Of a stretch of 64,000 nt of DNA, positions 36,522-50,521 are shown piece after piece. Every line of letters starts with the position of its first letter. The stretch's first letter is position 1. The notes beneath the pieces are model-generated. The model saw nothing but the letters and a program-made list of their open reading frames with translations, was not told the DNA's origin and did not search any database. The stretch comes from Macrostomum lignano (lineage: Eukaryota), in NCBI GenBank assembly GCA_002269645.1, contig NIVC01002688.1, positions 62,001 through 126,000 of the forward strand. The letters are read 5' to 3'. The translations under genes were made by a program, and so were the position numbers.

Positions 36522-39500
36522 GCGGCAGCAGCATAACCCAGCTGCTGGATATGATCAACAGCCTCAGCCGGCTGGTGTGCGGCAGCGGGGCGACTGTCTT
36601 CACTCAGTACGCCGATTCGCTGCGCGCTCGCATGGGCAACCAGACCGGCGGTGACGCCACAATGCCGCCCACTACTGTTGCGCCTGGCAGCAACTCGTCC
36701 ATTGACCTCAGCGTTCTGATCCCGCCGGAGGACTGTGAGATTGTTGGGGAATTCCTTTTGTGCTCTTGTTTCTCTGAATGGGGCTGGGTGGCCCCGGCTT
36801 ATCTGGCTGGGGCTGGGTGGCCCCGGCTTCTCTGAATGGGGCTGGGTGGCCCCGGCTTATCTGGCTGGGGCTGGGTGGGCAGTGGCCCCGGCTCTAACAG
36901 TGAATCTGATGTCTGTATATTGGCTTAGTGTTCCATTTTTGCTTCACATGACCATGTAAAAGTGGTCTTCCTTGTTTTCATAGCAAGCATTTTTTGCTCC
37001 ATCGACCGCCTGCAGTTTGCTACAACACGAAGTACCAGAATGCCATTTTCGGCGGCATCAAGCAGCTGGCGTCTTCGCTAGGATTTGGTAGCATCTTCGA
37101 CATCATTTTCGGCGTCATTCCCTATTATCCTGACGTGCCCCAGACTCGAAATTTTCTTTCAAAGGTAAGCGGATAATATATAATAAGGTGATTAGTCTTT
37201 TAGAAACTTTTTAGCCCTATATTTCACTTCTTTGGTGGATTTCAGTTAAACGAAACGTTTTTGAGCATGAGCATGACGTCGTATTTGGCGGAGAACTTTA
37301 CCCAGGATGAGAGTCCGCGCATTGCCAACTTTCTGGCCAACAGCAGTCAGATGGAGTCTGTCAGGGTGAGCAGTTTTGCTAGAATTGTACTAATTAACCT
37401 GCGTTTAAGTAAATCGTTTCACGTACGTTGCTCTGTGAGAGCCAACCCTATCTGCACACTGTGTGCGCTTCCTGACGACGAGAAATTCAGCGATCCTGTA
37501 GACGTACAGCCTGTGTAGAGTGTTCACCAGCGACGTACCTGTGTACAAGTCAAATGCCGCCTTTATTTTTTCACAGTACCCAAAATCCCACCTGTTTAGA
37601 TGCACAGATGCATGGCTTGGCTCACGTTTGACTGTACAGTATCCAGATGCCAAAGGCTTATGGAGGCTAATTTATTCCTGGACAGACTGTGGTCCCGGTC
37701 CCGTGTTGCTACGAATTGTCTCGTGTTATAAATATAGTAACTATAATACATGAAGCTAAAAAGGGCGTCTCACTTACCCATGACAACTATCTATCACATT
37801 ACCACCGCAGAACGCTCTGACCACATGCAGCAACGTGCTCGGCAGCACACCGTACGGTCTGCTCTGCAGCAATTTGTCAGTATTTCTGGCTCCATACCCG
37901 GACATTGAGCCGCCCTCTGTTAGCATGGGCAACTGGCGAGACCTTCTGGACACGGTGGACTCTCTAATGCGCAGGTTGTACTTCTCTACCGCCTGCTTCC
38001 GCATGAATAAACTGTACGGCTTCGAGAGCGAGCCGCTGCTAGAGAATTACACCAACTTCCTGATTGACGAGTTCGGCAAGAATAGAGGCGTAACAAAGCC
38101 GAAGTTCATTGCCTCATTGGTGTTTGACAAACTGACGCCCAGCTTCACGAAGTACCGGCTGCGATACGAGCAGAAGTCGGTGGACGGCACGCGAAACTTT
38201 AAAGTGTTGGACCGCACATTTAGACCCAGGCCGAGGAACTCTTTCCCTACCGATTTCAAGTACTTCACTTCCTTCTTTTTGCACATTCAGGTGAGTCTCT
38301 CAGCATTTCAGTAGTAAAGTATCTTGTCCTGAATTCCCATGCCTACTGGACAATTTAAAAAATCTATTGCTTCTTGCCTGAAAAAATAAAGTTAATTAAA
38401 CATTAAGCATCTGATTTGCTCATCCACAGGAGCTGCTTGAGCACGGCATCCAGGCAGCCGTGACTGGTGTGAACGCGCCGTTCCAGACCTATATAAACAT
38501 GTTCCCGTCGGCCTGCTTCCAGCAGGACAACTTCGCCAACGTGATGGGCTCCTTCCTGCCCATGATCATGACCATCTCCTGGATTTACAACGTGTCGCTG
38601 CTAGTGAACGCCATTGTCTACGAGAAAGAGACGCGGCTGAAAGAGATGATGAAGATCATGGGGCTGTCTGACGGAGTGCACTGGGTCTCCTGGTTCATCA
38701 CCTCTCTGATCATCATGGTTATCGCTAGCGCTTTTATGGTTCTGCTTCTGAAAACCGGGCAGCTTGTCGTGTACTCAGACCCTCTGCTGTTGTTCCTGTT
38801 TATCGTGTCGTTTGTTGTGAGCACAATTTGTGAGGCCTTCTTTATTTCAATTTTCTTCTCAAACTCGAGCGTGGCGGCCGCCTTCGCCGGCGTGATCTAC
38901 TTCCTCGGCTATGTGCCGTACAGCGTGGTTGACAGCTTCTCGGACAGTATGACTCGGCCGCAGTACTTGTTGAGCTGCCTTATTCCTCAGCTAGCATTTG
39001 GAGTGGGCTGCAAGTTCATTGGCAGCTGGGAGCTCGCTTCGGTCGGGCTGCAGCACAAAAACTTTTACGATTCACCGCTTGCCACTAGCGAATTTACATT
39101 CAACCAGGTTGGTTTTCCGAAAAATAATTTGTAGCTTTTCGTTAACAACTATCAGGTAACTAAGTCAAAGAACCGTTACTTAGCTGATGCTATCATATAC
39201 CTAATACGTTTCAAAATCCTCAGGTAGTCGTTATGATGTGGATAGACTCTGGCATTCTTATGCTGCTCACCTGGTACCTGGAGAAGGTATTTCCGGGAGC
39301 CTATGGAGTGCCCAAACCGTGGTACTTTCCGTTCTCGCCGTCTTACTGGTGCGGTCAGTCAAAGAAAGCTCTGACAGTTGATGTCGAAGGTGGCATTGAC
39401 AATCTGGGCGCCTCTGCCTCATCCCTGGCATCGTCCCCAGTGTCCGACTCGTCCAGATCCTCCCAAGAAAAGCCTGCTTCAAACGGAGTCACGGCTGGTG

Positions 39501-42500
39501 TAGAGTTGAATGGTCACAACTCTTCGCACTTCGAGGACGAGCCAAAGCACCTGAGCATTGGCATCAGCGTCAGGAACCTCACCAAGGTCTACGAGCCCGG
39601 CAGGTGCGCCTGCAAAAAGAATGCGAAGCCCTTCACGGCTGTGGACAATCTGAGCTATAATTTCTACGAAGGACAGGTCACCTCGTTCCTTGGTCACAAT
39701 GGCGCTGGTAAATCCAATGCAACAGATATTATTACTTCCAAGGCTCGTAAATTTAACACACGCGAAATTTGATCTCTGAATAACGGTATATACCTTGTGT
39801 TCTAAACAGGTAAAAGCACGACAATGTCCCTTCTGACGGGTTTGTACACACCAACATCGGGCACCGCCTTTATCGGCGGGTACGACATCCGCACAGAGAT
39901 GGACCAGATTCGCCAACAACTCGGCCTGTGTCCTCAGCACAATGTGCTTTTCGACACTCTGACGGTGGAGGACCACATCTACTTCTACGGCATGCTCAAA
40001 GGCCTCAGCAGGGCGGAGGTCGCCCAGCAGGTTGACTCGTTCATCGCAGACGTCGGCCTACAGAAAAAGAAGTACGAAATAAGCAAGAATCTGTCAGGCG
40101 GGATGAAGCGAAAGCTGTCTGTCGCCATGGCGTTTGTCGGCGGATCGAAGGTCGTCGTACTGGACGAGCCGACCGCTGGTGAGTCGGCGGTTTTGTACCG
40201 ACAAGATATTTCTTTCAGCCACCATCCGTTTGACAAACAAAACTGCGAATTTTAGGCGTCGACCCGCACGCGCGTCGCTCGATCTGGGACGTGTTGGCGA
40301 AGTTCCGTCAGGGCCGCACCATCATCCTGACCACCCACCACATGGACGAGGCGGACATTCTGGGCGACCGAATCTGCATCATTAACAAAGGCCGTCTCGT
40401 GTGCTCAGGCTCTCCGATGTTTCTCAAGAAAGTTTTCGGTGAGGGCTACACCCTGACTCTGGTAAAGGCGTCCTTAGACTTCGATACGGATAAAGTTCTG
40501 AGCTTAGTGCAGTCTGAGGTCTCAGAGGCGAGCCTGGGGGAGTGCACATCCAGCGAAATCAGCATAAAGCTGCCATACAGCTCTGTGCCTCTGCTTGCTG
40601 GCCTGTTTGCTAGCCTTGATGAGAAAATGGCCAACTTAAACATAGCAACTTATGGTATCGAGGACAGCTCGCTTGAAGAAATTTTCCTAGCTGTGACGGG
40701 TTGCAGCTTGGAGAACAGCGAGGAGCTGCTCGATGATCCCTCTGTTGTCGGTTTCCGGCCGACTCTGCGGGAAAGTGTCCGGCGTAGGCAGCTGCAGCGC
40801 GCGATGCTCGGCTGCAGAAGTGCCGCTGACAGCGTTGTTGGAGCCGCTTCAGAAGACACTCCTAGTGAGCTTCCTATCAACTCCAGCTCCGAGTGCATCT
40901 GCCCTTACGATCCTGTCGATGATGTGGTTTCTTCCGTGGCCTCTGCAGTGCCTTCAACTGAGCCTGCGTCCTTGCGAAAGCACGAGCCAAGCCGAACGCG
41001 TCGGCCTTTGTGGCAGCAGATCAAGGCGCTCTGGCTCAAACGCTTTCACGTTCTGCGTCGCTCAAAGATCGGATTCCTCGCCGAGTTTGTGCTGCCTGCA
41101 GTCTTTATCCTATTGACCCTCGCTCTGCTGCAAATTGTGCCCAAAGACGGCGACAGTCCACCGATGGAGTTGGCGCCCTGGTACATGCTCGGAAAGCCAG
41201 AGCGATCTCGCCTCAAGGACCTATCAGTGTTCCAGAGCCGCAGCCTGACCGCCTACCCAAACAACCACAGCCTGACCGACCTGTCCAACCGGCTGATGCT
41301 GCACATGAACAGCACGGACTTCCTCGGAACTCGCTGCATGCGAGAGGATGTGTTCAGCAACCCCGACTTCCCGTGCAAGACGCAGCGACGAGGCTCTGTG
41401 TGGTCTGAGACTCCTAGCAACCTGCCCAGCAACACGTCGTGGTGTCAGTGCTCGTACAAGGACTACCCGAACAGCGCCAAGTGCGTTGACTGGCCAACGC
41501 CAGCTCGGAAGTCTCTGATGAGCTCCGACATTGTGGAGAGCATGCAGGGCTACAACCTGACAAACTACATCCAGTCGACAGTGATGGAGTACTACCGAAA
41601 GAGATTCGGAGGCTACACGCTGTTCGTGAACGACTCGCAGCCAGTCAGTGCAGACGCGCAAAGTGCCAATGTTGAGGCGCAGCATTTTCTACGGACTTTA
41701 AATAACCTGACAGACGGGAATTCAACAGACTGGTAAGCAAAACTTGTTTACGTTTATTGATAAACGGCTCTGTAATCTTCTGCGGGCCGTTGAAAGCGCA
41801 ATAGTTTTAAGTTCTAAACTTCAAAATTTTGCTGTTTAACAGGTTCATTGGACAGGTTTTGTCTTATCTTGAGAGCGTCCGGCTGCCAGCTAATCTGAGC
41901 TCCATTGTGAACCAAGTCTGGTTCGACAACCGGGGCTACGTGTCCGGGCCTGCCTACCTCAACACCCTCAGCAACGCCATCATGAGGGCTCTGGCTAACA
42001 AGAGCATCGGCTCGCCTGACCAGATCGGCGTGTCCGGCTGGACTCACCCCATCACACCTCGAACAACCTACATAAAGAATGTTCTTAACGCAAACACGGT
42101 AGTATCAGCCATGACAGTGGTGTCCATTATCTTCGCCCTGTCCTTCATCCCCGCCAGCTTTGTGCTCTTCCTCATCTCGGAGAGAACCACAAACGCTAAG
42201 CACCTGCAGTTCGTGTCCGGAATTAACCCTACTACGTACTGGATCGTGAACCACATCTGGAACCTGTTGAACTACATGGTGCCGCTGACCATCGTAATAT
42301 TCCTGTTTGTGGCATTCAAGAACTACGAGTTCGTTGGTGCGCAGACCATCGGACCGTTCCTACTGACTATGGTTCTTTTTGGGTTCGCTAGTGCACCACT
42401 GATGTACCCCTTCAGCTGGGTGATGACCGTTCCGAGCAAGGCGTTCACCATGCTAGCCTGCCTGAACTTGGGCATCGGGTTCACAACAACAATGTCCGTC

Positions 42501-44543
42501 ACAATTGTCAGGATGATAGGCGAGCAAAACAACGATCAGAGCATGATAAACACCGCTGATACTCTGAAAGCCGTTTTTCTTCTCCTGCCGCACTTCTGTT
42601 TGGGCCAGTCTCTCATGGAGTTAAACATCTACTACCAGGTATTGCTGGTCAATTGCAATTTAATTTTTTGCTGCTTTAGAAACATTTAGGGACTACATTA
42701 ATGATGCCACACTTTTCCTGCAGATCAATGTCAGACTGGCGGAGCTGATGAAACAGACTGGAGCAAGTGCCTCTGACTTGAGCAGGTATGTTGAAGGTTT
42801 CGACGCGTATGACAACCCCTGGAGCGCCTCTGGCCGATATCTGGCCTGCCTTGTGGCGCACAGTGTTGTGTACTTTGCACTCGTGCTGCTGCTCGAGTAC
42901 AACTGCTGCTGCAAGCAGGGCCTCGTGTCCTCGCGCTTCTTCCGCCTCTTCTACCGCGCCGAGTACGAGCGCGCGCTGAGGCAGCCGGAAGCAGCGGAGA
43001 TCGACGATGACGTGCTCGCTGAAGCTGCCAAGGTTGACGGAGCCGGCGCCAGCTCCTACTTGCTCGAACTGCAGCGGCTCGTCAAGATTTTCAGCACCAG
43101 CTCCGGACCGAGAGCCGCCGTCAAAGGCATCAGTCTGGGAGTGAAGTCTCAGGAGTGCTTCGGCTTCTTGGGCGTCAACGGAGCTGGCAAGACGACCACG
43201 TTCAAGATGCTGACTGGTGAGTCGCTGGGAGCAGATGCTGTCCGTAGGTTCAAGAGGTCCTATCGATTTGCTTTTTCTACTTAAATGCTCAATGCATGCA
43301 TTTTCACCCTCGATGCCTCGATGACCTCAGGTGACCTCACACCGACGAGCGGAGACGCTCGAGTCGGCGGCTTCTCAATCCTGACGGAGGCTCTCGAGGT
43401 GCACAAACAGCTGGGATATTGTCCCCAGTTCGATGCGCTGCTGCCACTACTGACCGGCAGGGAGACGCTGCAGCTGTACGCGAGGATTCGAGGAGTGGAG
43501 GAGGAGGACGTCGACCAGCTGGTGGAGACCATCTCAAAGAGGTTCGTCACCGATCTTGCTCTTGCTCGCGTTACTCTGATAAGTGAAACGATGGAAGTGA
43601 AATTGAAATTGAATGAATGTTACTCTAATAAGTGCGCTTTTGAAATGAGAAGATTGTACGCAGAGCCACCTCGACACCGCAGGGTGGGCATCGAGGCGCA
43701 CCTGGACAAGACCACTCAGGAGTACAGCGGAGGCAACAAGCGCAAGCTCTCCTGCGGCATCGCGTTCATCGGCAACCCGCCCATCGTGTTCCTGGACGAG
43801 CCAACTGCCGGCATGGACCCTGGAGCTCGCAGATTCCTTTGGCGCTGCATCCAACGCATGGTCACTGCTGGCTCGTGCGTCATTCTCACAACTCACAGCA
43901 TGGAGGATTGCCAAGCGCTGTGTCACAGGCTCACCATCATGGTGAGAGCAGCTCAGTGCTGGTATTTCAGCTCATGCAGCAGCCAAGCAGCTCACTTTCC
44001 CCACCATACCTTCACTAACATCTCACACAGGTGAACGGCAGACTGCAGTGCATCGGCAGTCCTCAGCACTTGAAGAACAAGTTCGGCCAAGGGTTCACCA
44101 TCTTCCTGCGCGTTCGTCAGCCGCAGTCGCAGGAGGCGACATCCGCCTCTGCCTCGGCCTCCGCTACCATCGATAGCACGGAAGGTCAGCTGGAGAGAGC
44201 TCACGAAGCGTTCGTGTCGGCCTTTCCGGACGCCGTGCTGTGCGAGAACCACGCGGCTGTGCTGCAGTACCAGCTGAAGCAGACCGTGAGGCTCAGGACC
44301 ATCTTTGAGAGCGTCCAGAGGCTCAAGGACAACGGTCTGGTGCTGGACTACAGCGTCAACCAGACCACTCTGGACCAGGTAACCTCATTGTTTAACCTCA
44401 CAAGTAAAGCGTTTTTGCTGATAGCCTATGACAGTGCATGCCAATTCCGGTGCTGCAGGTGTTCATCAACTTCGCCAAGAACCAGACGGAGACATCCGAA
44501 GAGACGAGTCGCAAAGACAAGGGTCTGCTGAAGCGGCTAAAAA
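33162..44543 (+). CDS. ABCA-subfamily full transporter, copy B (20 traceable exons, C-terminal tail continues)
   Basis: Exons 33162-33230, 33309-33535, 35055-35170, 35265-35386, 35850-36050, 36136-36216, 36404-36734, 37016-37164, 37246-37365, 37811-38290, 38430-39107, 39224-39707, 39810-40178, 40256-41732, 41843-42638, 42724-43216, 43331-43541, 43683-43941, 44031-44378, 44459-44543. Phases are consistent and both NBDs have Walker A, signature and Walker B. Confidence 0.95.
34444..35000. repeat. 43-bp minisatellite (~13 copies) in ABCA-B intron 2
   Basis: ggtccagttctctgcagcccagctgctccatcacatccatgct. Confidence 0.95.
35400..35828. repeat. 30-bp minisatellite (~14 copies) in ABCA-B intron 4
   Basis: gtgactgcagaaccccagctgctcagtctg. 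Confidence 0.95.
36771..36892. repeat. 29-bp G-rich tandem repeat (~4 copies, two alternating variants) in an ABCA-B intron
   Basis: tctctgaatggggctgggtggccccggct alternating with tatctggctggggctgggtggccccggct. Confidence 0.85.
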
Positions 44544-45287
44544 GTAAGTGGGAGTGTTTTGACACTTGACCTAAGTGATGGTTTCAGCTGGTAGTATCTA
44601 CAGACGACGTCAGCAGCTCCTCTATTGTTAGGGTAGTCGGAGGCTCCAAGTGACCTCTACCTGACCGCCCTGACCTGACCCCGTCGCAGCTCTCTTTAGT
44701 ACAGCGTATTTTTTGTTTCTTTTGCTGTTGTTGATGGTGGTGGTGTTGCTGCTGCTGTTGTTGGTGTCATTGTTGCTGTGGCTACTGTATATGCAGGTCA
44801 TCTTCGATCAGTGTCCCAATGCAAGCGGATTCCTATTTGGCTCCACGTCAAGAGCTCTCATCTCAGCCAGACTTTTTTCCCTTTGCCCAGACTGCATGAG
44901 CTCAAGGAAAGTCAGCGACGCGAAATTGTCAGACGAGGATGAGGCCGATGGCGCCCACAGCGGGTGCTCACGTGAGGCGGCATGGGCGGCCCCGGTGCTC
45001 AATGGTAGCGATATCAGTTTGAAATCAATAAAAGGCATGAATAGAGCCGCTTTCAATTGTTCGCAAGTATCAATACTTATCGCTGATCAATTATGAGTTT
45101 GTCTCGTGATTCACCGCGCAAATTATAGAAAAATATTTCTAGTATTATGGATATGAGCCCCCGCTTCTCACTACTTCTTGATTGATTTGCTGCTTTTAAT
45201 GCATACCAGAGTATACCGATATAGTTCCGGTGCATGCATTGTCCTGTTTCTAACAATGAAGTTAACATGTTCTTTTGACTTTGGCAG

Positions 45288-48200
45288 AGCTGGGCCGCAA
45301 GAAGCCGGCGGCCCGCTACCAGCCTTCCAGCCAGGCTGCCGGCCCGGCGCCCCGGTTGCTGCCAGCGGCGACGGAGCTCGGAGCGGCGTCTGCGATAGTG
45401 GGGACGCGGCGACTTGTGAGTTGGTTTTGTTAGTCTGCCGGGTTAGGTGTAACAGGTGATATTCAGTCTGCTGTGCCTTCTATGTTGGCTGGACTAGCAA
45501 TCCATTCTACTGTAATATCCATATTGGCTAGACTAGCAATCCAATCTACTGTAATATCCATATTGGCTAGACTAGCAATCCATTCTACTGTAATATCCAT
45601 ATTGGCTAGACTAGCAATCCATTCTACTGTAATATCCATATTGGCTAGACTAGCAATCCATTCTACTGTAATATCCATATTGGCTAGACTAGCAATCCAT
45701 TCTACTGTAATATCCATATTGGCTAGACTAGCAATCCATTCTACTGTAATATCCATATTGGCTAGACTAGCAATCCAATCTACTGTAATATCCATATTGG
45801 CTAGACTAGCAATCCATTCTACTGTAATATCCATATTGGCTAGACTAGCAATCCATTCTACTGTAATATCCATATTGGCTAGACTAGCAATCCATTCTAC
45901 TGTAATATCCATATTGGCTAGACTAGCAATCCATTCTACTGTAATATCCATATTGGCTAGACTAGCAATCCATTCTACTGTAATATCCATATTGGCTAGA
46001 CTAGCAATCCATTCTACTGTAATATCCATATTGGCTAGACTAGCAATCCATTCTACTGTAATATCCATATTGGCTAGACTAGCAATCCATTCTACTGTAA
46101 TGTCCATATTGGCTAGACTAGCAATCCAATCTACTGTAATATCCATATTGGCTAGACTAGCAATCCATTCTACTGTAATATCCATATTGGCTAGACTAGC
46201 AATCCATTCTACTGTAATATCCATATTGGCTAGACTAGCAATCCATTCTACTGTAATATCCATATTGGCTAGACTAGCAATCCATTCTACTGTAATATCC
46301 ATATTGGCTAGACTAGCAATCCATTCTACTGTAATATCCATATTGGCTAGACTAGCAATCCAATCTACTGTAATATCCATATTGGCTAGACTAGCAATCC
46401 ATTCTACTGTAATATCCATATTGGCTAGACTAGCAATCCATTCTACTGTAATATCCATATTGGCTAGACTAGCAATCCATTCTACTGTAATATCCATATT
46501 GGCTAGACTAGCAATCCATTCTACTGTAATATCCATATTGGCTAGACTAGCAATCCAATCTACTGTAATATCCATACTGGCTAGACTAGCAATCCAATCT
46601 ACTGTAATATCCATATTGGCTAGACTAGCAATCCAATCTACTGTAATATCCATATTGACTAGACTAGCAATCCATTCTTCTGTAATATCCATATTGGCTA
46701 GACTAGCAATCCATTCTACTGTAATATCCATATTGGCTAGACTAGCAATCCATTCTACTGTAATATCCATATTGGCTAGAATAGCAATCCATTCTACTGT
46801 AATATCCATATTGGCTAGACTAGCAATCCATTCTACTGTAATATCCATATTGGCTAGACTAGCAATCCAATCTACTGTAATATCCATATTGGCTAGACTA
46901 GCAATCCAATCTACTGTAATATCCATATTGGCTAGACTAGCAATCCAATCTACTGTAATATCCATATTGGCTAGACTAGCAATCCAATCTACTGTAATAT
47001 CCATATTGGCTAGACTAGCAATCCATTCTACTGTAATATCCATATTGGCTAGACTAGCAATCCATTCTACTGTAATATCCATATTGGCTAGACTAGCAAT
47101 CCATTCTACTGTAATATCCATATTGGCTAGACTAGCAATCCAATCTACTGTAATATCCATATTGGCTAGACTAGCAATCCATTCTACTGTAATATCCATA
47201 TTGGCTAGACTAGCAATCCATTCTACTGTAATATCCATATTGGCTAGACTAGCAATCCATTCTACTGTAATATCCATATTGGCTAGACTAGCAATCCATT
47301 CTACTGTAATATCCATATTGGCTAGACTAGCAATCCAATCTACTGTAATATCCATATTGGCTAGACTAGCAATCCAATCTACTGTAATATCCATATTGGC
47401 TAGACTAGCAATCCAATCTACTGTAATATCCATATTGGCTAGACTAGCAATCCAATCTACTGTAATATCCATATTGGCTAGACTAGCAATCCATTCTACT
47501 GTAATATCCATATTGGCTAGACTAGCAATCCAATCTACTGTAATATCCATATTGGCTAGACTAGCAATCCAATCTACTGTAATATCCATATTGACTAGAC
47601 TAGCAATCCATTCTTCTGTAATATCCATATTGGCTAGACTAGCAATCCATTCTACTGTAATATCCATATTGGCTAGACTAGCAATCCATTCTACTGTAAT
47701 ATCCATATTGGCTAGACTAGCAATCCAATCTACTGTAATATCCATATTGGCTAGACTAGCAATCCATTCTACTGTAATATCCATATTGGCTAGACTAGCA
47801 ATCCATTCTACTGTAATATCCATATTGGCTAGACTAGCAATCCATTCTACTGTAATATCCATATTGGCTAGACTAGCAATCCATTCTACTGTAATATCCA
47901 TATTGGCTAGACTAGCAATCCAATCTACTGTAATATCCATATTGGCTAGACTAGCAATCCATTCTACTGTAATATCCATATTGGCTAGACTAGCAATCCA
48001 TTCTACTGTAATATCCATATTGGCTAGACTAGCAATCCATTCTACTGTAATATCCATATTGGCTAGACTAGCAATCCATTCTACTGTAATATCCATATTG
48101 GCTAGACTAGCAATCCAATCTACTGTAATATCCATATTGGCTAGACTAGCAATCCAATCTACTGTAATATCCATATTGGCTAGACTAGCAATCCAATCTA

Positions 48201-48667
48201 CTGTAATATCCATATTGGCTAGACTAGCAATCCAATCTACTGTAATATCCATATTGGCTAGACTAGCAATCCATTCTACTGTAATATCCATACTGGCTAG
48301 ACTAGCAATCCAATCTACTGTAATATCCATATTGGCTAGACTAGCAATCCAATCTACTGTAATATCCATATTGGCTAGACTAGCAATCCATTCTACTGTA
48401 ATATCCATATTGGCCAGACTAGCAATCCAATCTACTGTAATATCCATATTGGCTAGACTAGCAATCCATTCCACTCCCTCATTCCAGTCGCCGGCCGCCA
48501 GAACGCGGCCTTCAGTGCCGAAGAGACCCCCAAAGAGCCGCCTGCTGCCCCGGCCTGCAAGTGGGTGGACTTCAACGAAGACTCAGTGGCTTGAAGTGCT
48601 CAACTTTGAGATTGAAGCTCATGCAGCGTGTATAATTGTCACTTTTTTGTACCCTGTTGATCTCTAA
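45288..48667 (+). CDS. Probable extra C-terminal exons of ABCA-B (45288..45415 and 48488..48594 or 48667)
   Basis: GC-rich blocks with good splice sites (ttttgactttggcag|, |gtgagt, ccctcattccag|). The phase-1 donor at 44544 joins 45288 as ..KRLK-KLGRKKPAARYQP. The last-exon frame is ambiguous. Confidence 0.5.
45480..48472. repeat. 39-bp minisatellite (~77 copies, ~3 kb)
   Basis: tctactgtaatatccatattggctagactagcaatccat. The unit is a multiple of 3, hence the ~1000-aa ORFs on both strands. Confidence 0.97.
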
Positions 48668-48929
48668 AACTATTGCTGACTCATATTGATGCCGTTTTAA
48701 TGATAACTTGCCCAAAGCACTATTAACTAAACAAAATATTTTGCAACTGGTGAGATACGTAATAATCACAATTATTTTGTACAATTTTAGGTATGCATTA
48801 GAGGTATGTTCCGTGCTCTTCTGCGTTAAATCAGTGTCCACACCTTGCAGGCATTCGTGCATTCATGCGACATGTGCTGGTTGAATTTGGGAACTTATAG
48901 GCCAGTTGGGACACTTTTTAGACTGTTCA

Positions 48930-49372
48930 GACAGTATTGGGACTGTCCGGATATTATTGGGACTGTCCGGACATTATTGGGACTGTGTGGTTATTTTTGG
49001 GACTGCCCGGTTATTATTGGAACTGTTCGGAAAATATTGGGACTGTCCGGACATTAGCGGGACTGTTCGAAAAATATTGGGACTGTCCGGACATTAGCGG
49101 GACTGTTCGGAAAATATTGGGACTGTCCGGACATTAGCGGGACTGTTCGGAAAATATTGGGACTGTCCGGACATTAGTGGAATTGTTCGGAAAATATTGG
49201 GACTGTCCGGACATTAGCGGGACTGTTGGGAAAATATTGGGACTGTCCGGACATTAGCGGGACTCTTCGGAAAATATTGGGACTCCGGACATTAGCGGGA
49301 CTGTTCGGAAAATATTGGGACTGTCCGGACATTAGCGGGACTGTTCGGAAAATATTGGGACTGTCCAGACAA
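48930..49372. repeat. 40-bp (2 x 20-bp) minisatellite with GGGACTGT core, between the ABCA-B and ABCA-C 3' ends
   Basis: gggactgtccggacattagc alternating with gggactgttcggaaaatatt. Confidence 0.9.
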
Positions 49373-49704
49373 TTTTAACTGTCTTAACTTTCTTGACCGT
49401 GTCAAATTCAGATGGCGATTGAAACCATTCGCAAATTCTTTTGAGGTTTTTGTTTGTTAAATGTCTAAATGCATTGCCTTAATCAAAATATTAGATTTTT
49501 TATGCGTTTCTTAGATTTTGTTTATTTTTTTATTCAGATATTTCTGTGATATTAAATGCACATTCTGAGACCTGCAGTAGTTCTTCTTTTACCAACCAAT
49601 ATAAACCGCGATCAGCCACTTTCAAGGAAACCTCTGTCACAAGTTCTATTCCAAATTGTTGTGAAAATTTGAATTCAACTGATCTTTGTTCAAGCTCTTT
49701 TCGC

Positions 49705-50090
49705 TGAAGTTCACCCCATCGCACACTCACCCCCTACTGCACACTCACCCCATTGCACACTCACCCCCTACTGCACACTCACCCCATCGCACACTCACCC
49801 CCTACTGCACACTCACCCCATTGCACACTCAACCCCTACTGCATACTCACCCCATTGCACACTCACCCCCTACTGCACACTCACCCCATCGCACACTCAC
49901 CCCCTACTGCACACTCACCCCATTGCACACTCACCGCCTACTGCACACTCACCCCATCGCACGCTCACCCCCTACTGCACACTCACCCCATTGCACGCAC
50001 ACTCACCCCATTGCACGCACACTCACCCCATTGCACGCACACTCACCCCATTGCACACTCACTCCCTACTGCACACTCACCCCCTGCTGC
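49705..50090. repeat. 16-18-bp C-rich minisatellite (cacactcaccccctactg / cacactcaccccattg)
   Basis: Directly visible. Confidence 0.92.
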
Positions 50091-50521
50091 ACCCTATTGC
50101 AAACTTGCAATATGAGACACTTCGTACTGCATAAGCATAAGTATTGATATACCGCATAGTAGACACTTGGACGGCAGAAGATGAACTCTACAATGCGACA
50201 CAGTAACATATATTTGTGAATCAATGCTGACAGAGCCGCTACAAAAGAACAGGAAAATAAAATTAATTTAGGAATGTTCTACTTGCATGTTCTGCTTGCA
50301 TACTAGTAGCTAAAAACATTTGCATTTTTGACCACCTACGAGCGTAGAGGCACCAGCAGTGGAAGTAAAATCTTATTGCTAAAGGGCTAAAACTGACTTC
50401 ATTTGACTTATCTGGCATGTACAATGACTAAAAGCAACACTGAAACTTCGCCTCATATTTCATCTTTCACGCGCGAAAGATTTGAGCAGGAGAATTCCGA
50501 CTGGAGTTGAATGTCCAGCCC

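Noticed and set aside
43542-43682. 141-bp stop-free in-frame intron in NBD2 of B and C (possible retained 47-aa insert)
   Set aside because: The homologous intron in A is 244 bp, out of frame and contains stops. An insert just before the ABC signature would likely disrupt the NBD, so the open frame is best explained as chance.
45463-48667. 1003-aa and 1064-aa ORFs on opposite strands
   Set aside because: They result from a 39-bp (13-codon) satellite unit lacking stops in one frame per strand. There is no splice context or non-repetitive domain.
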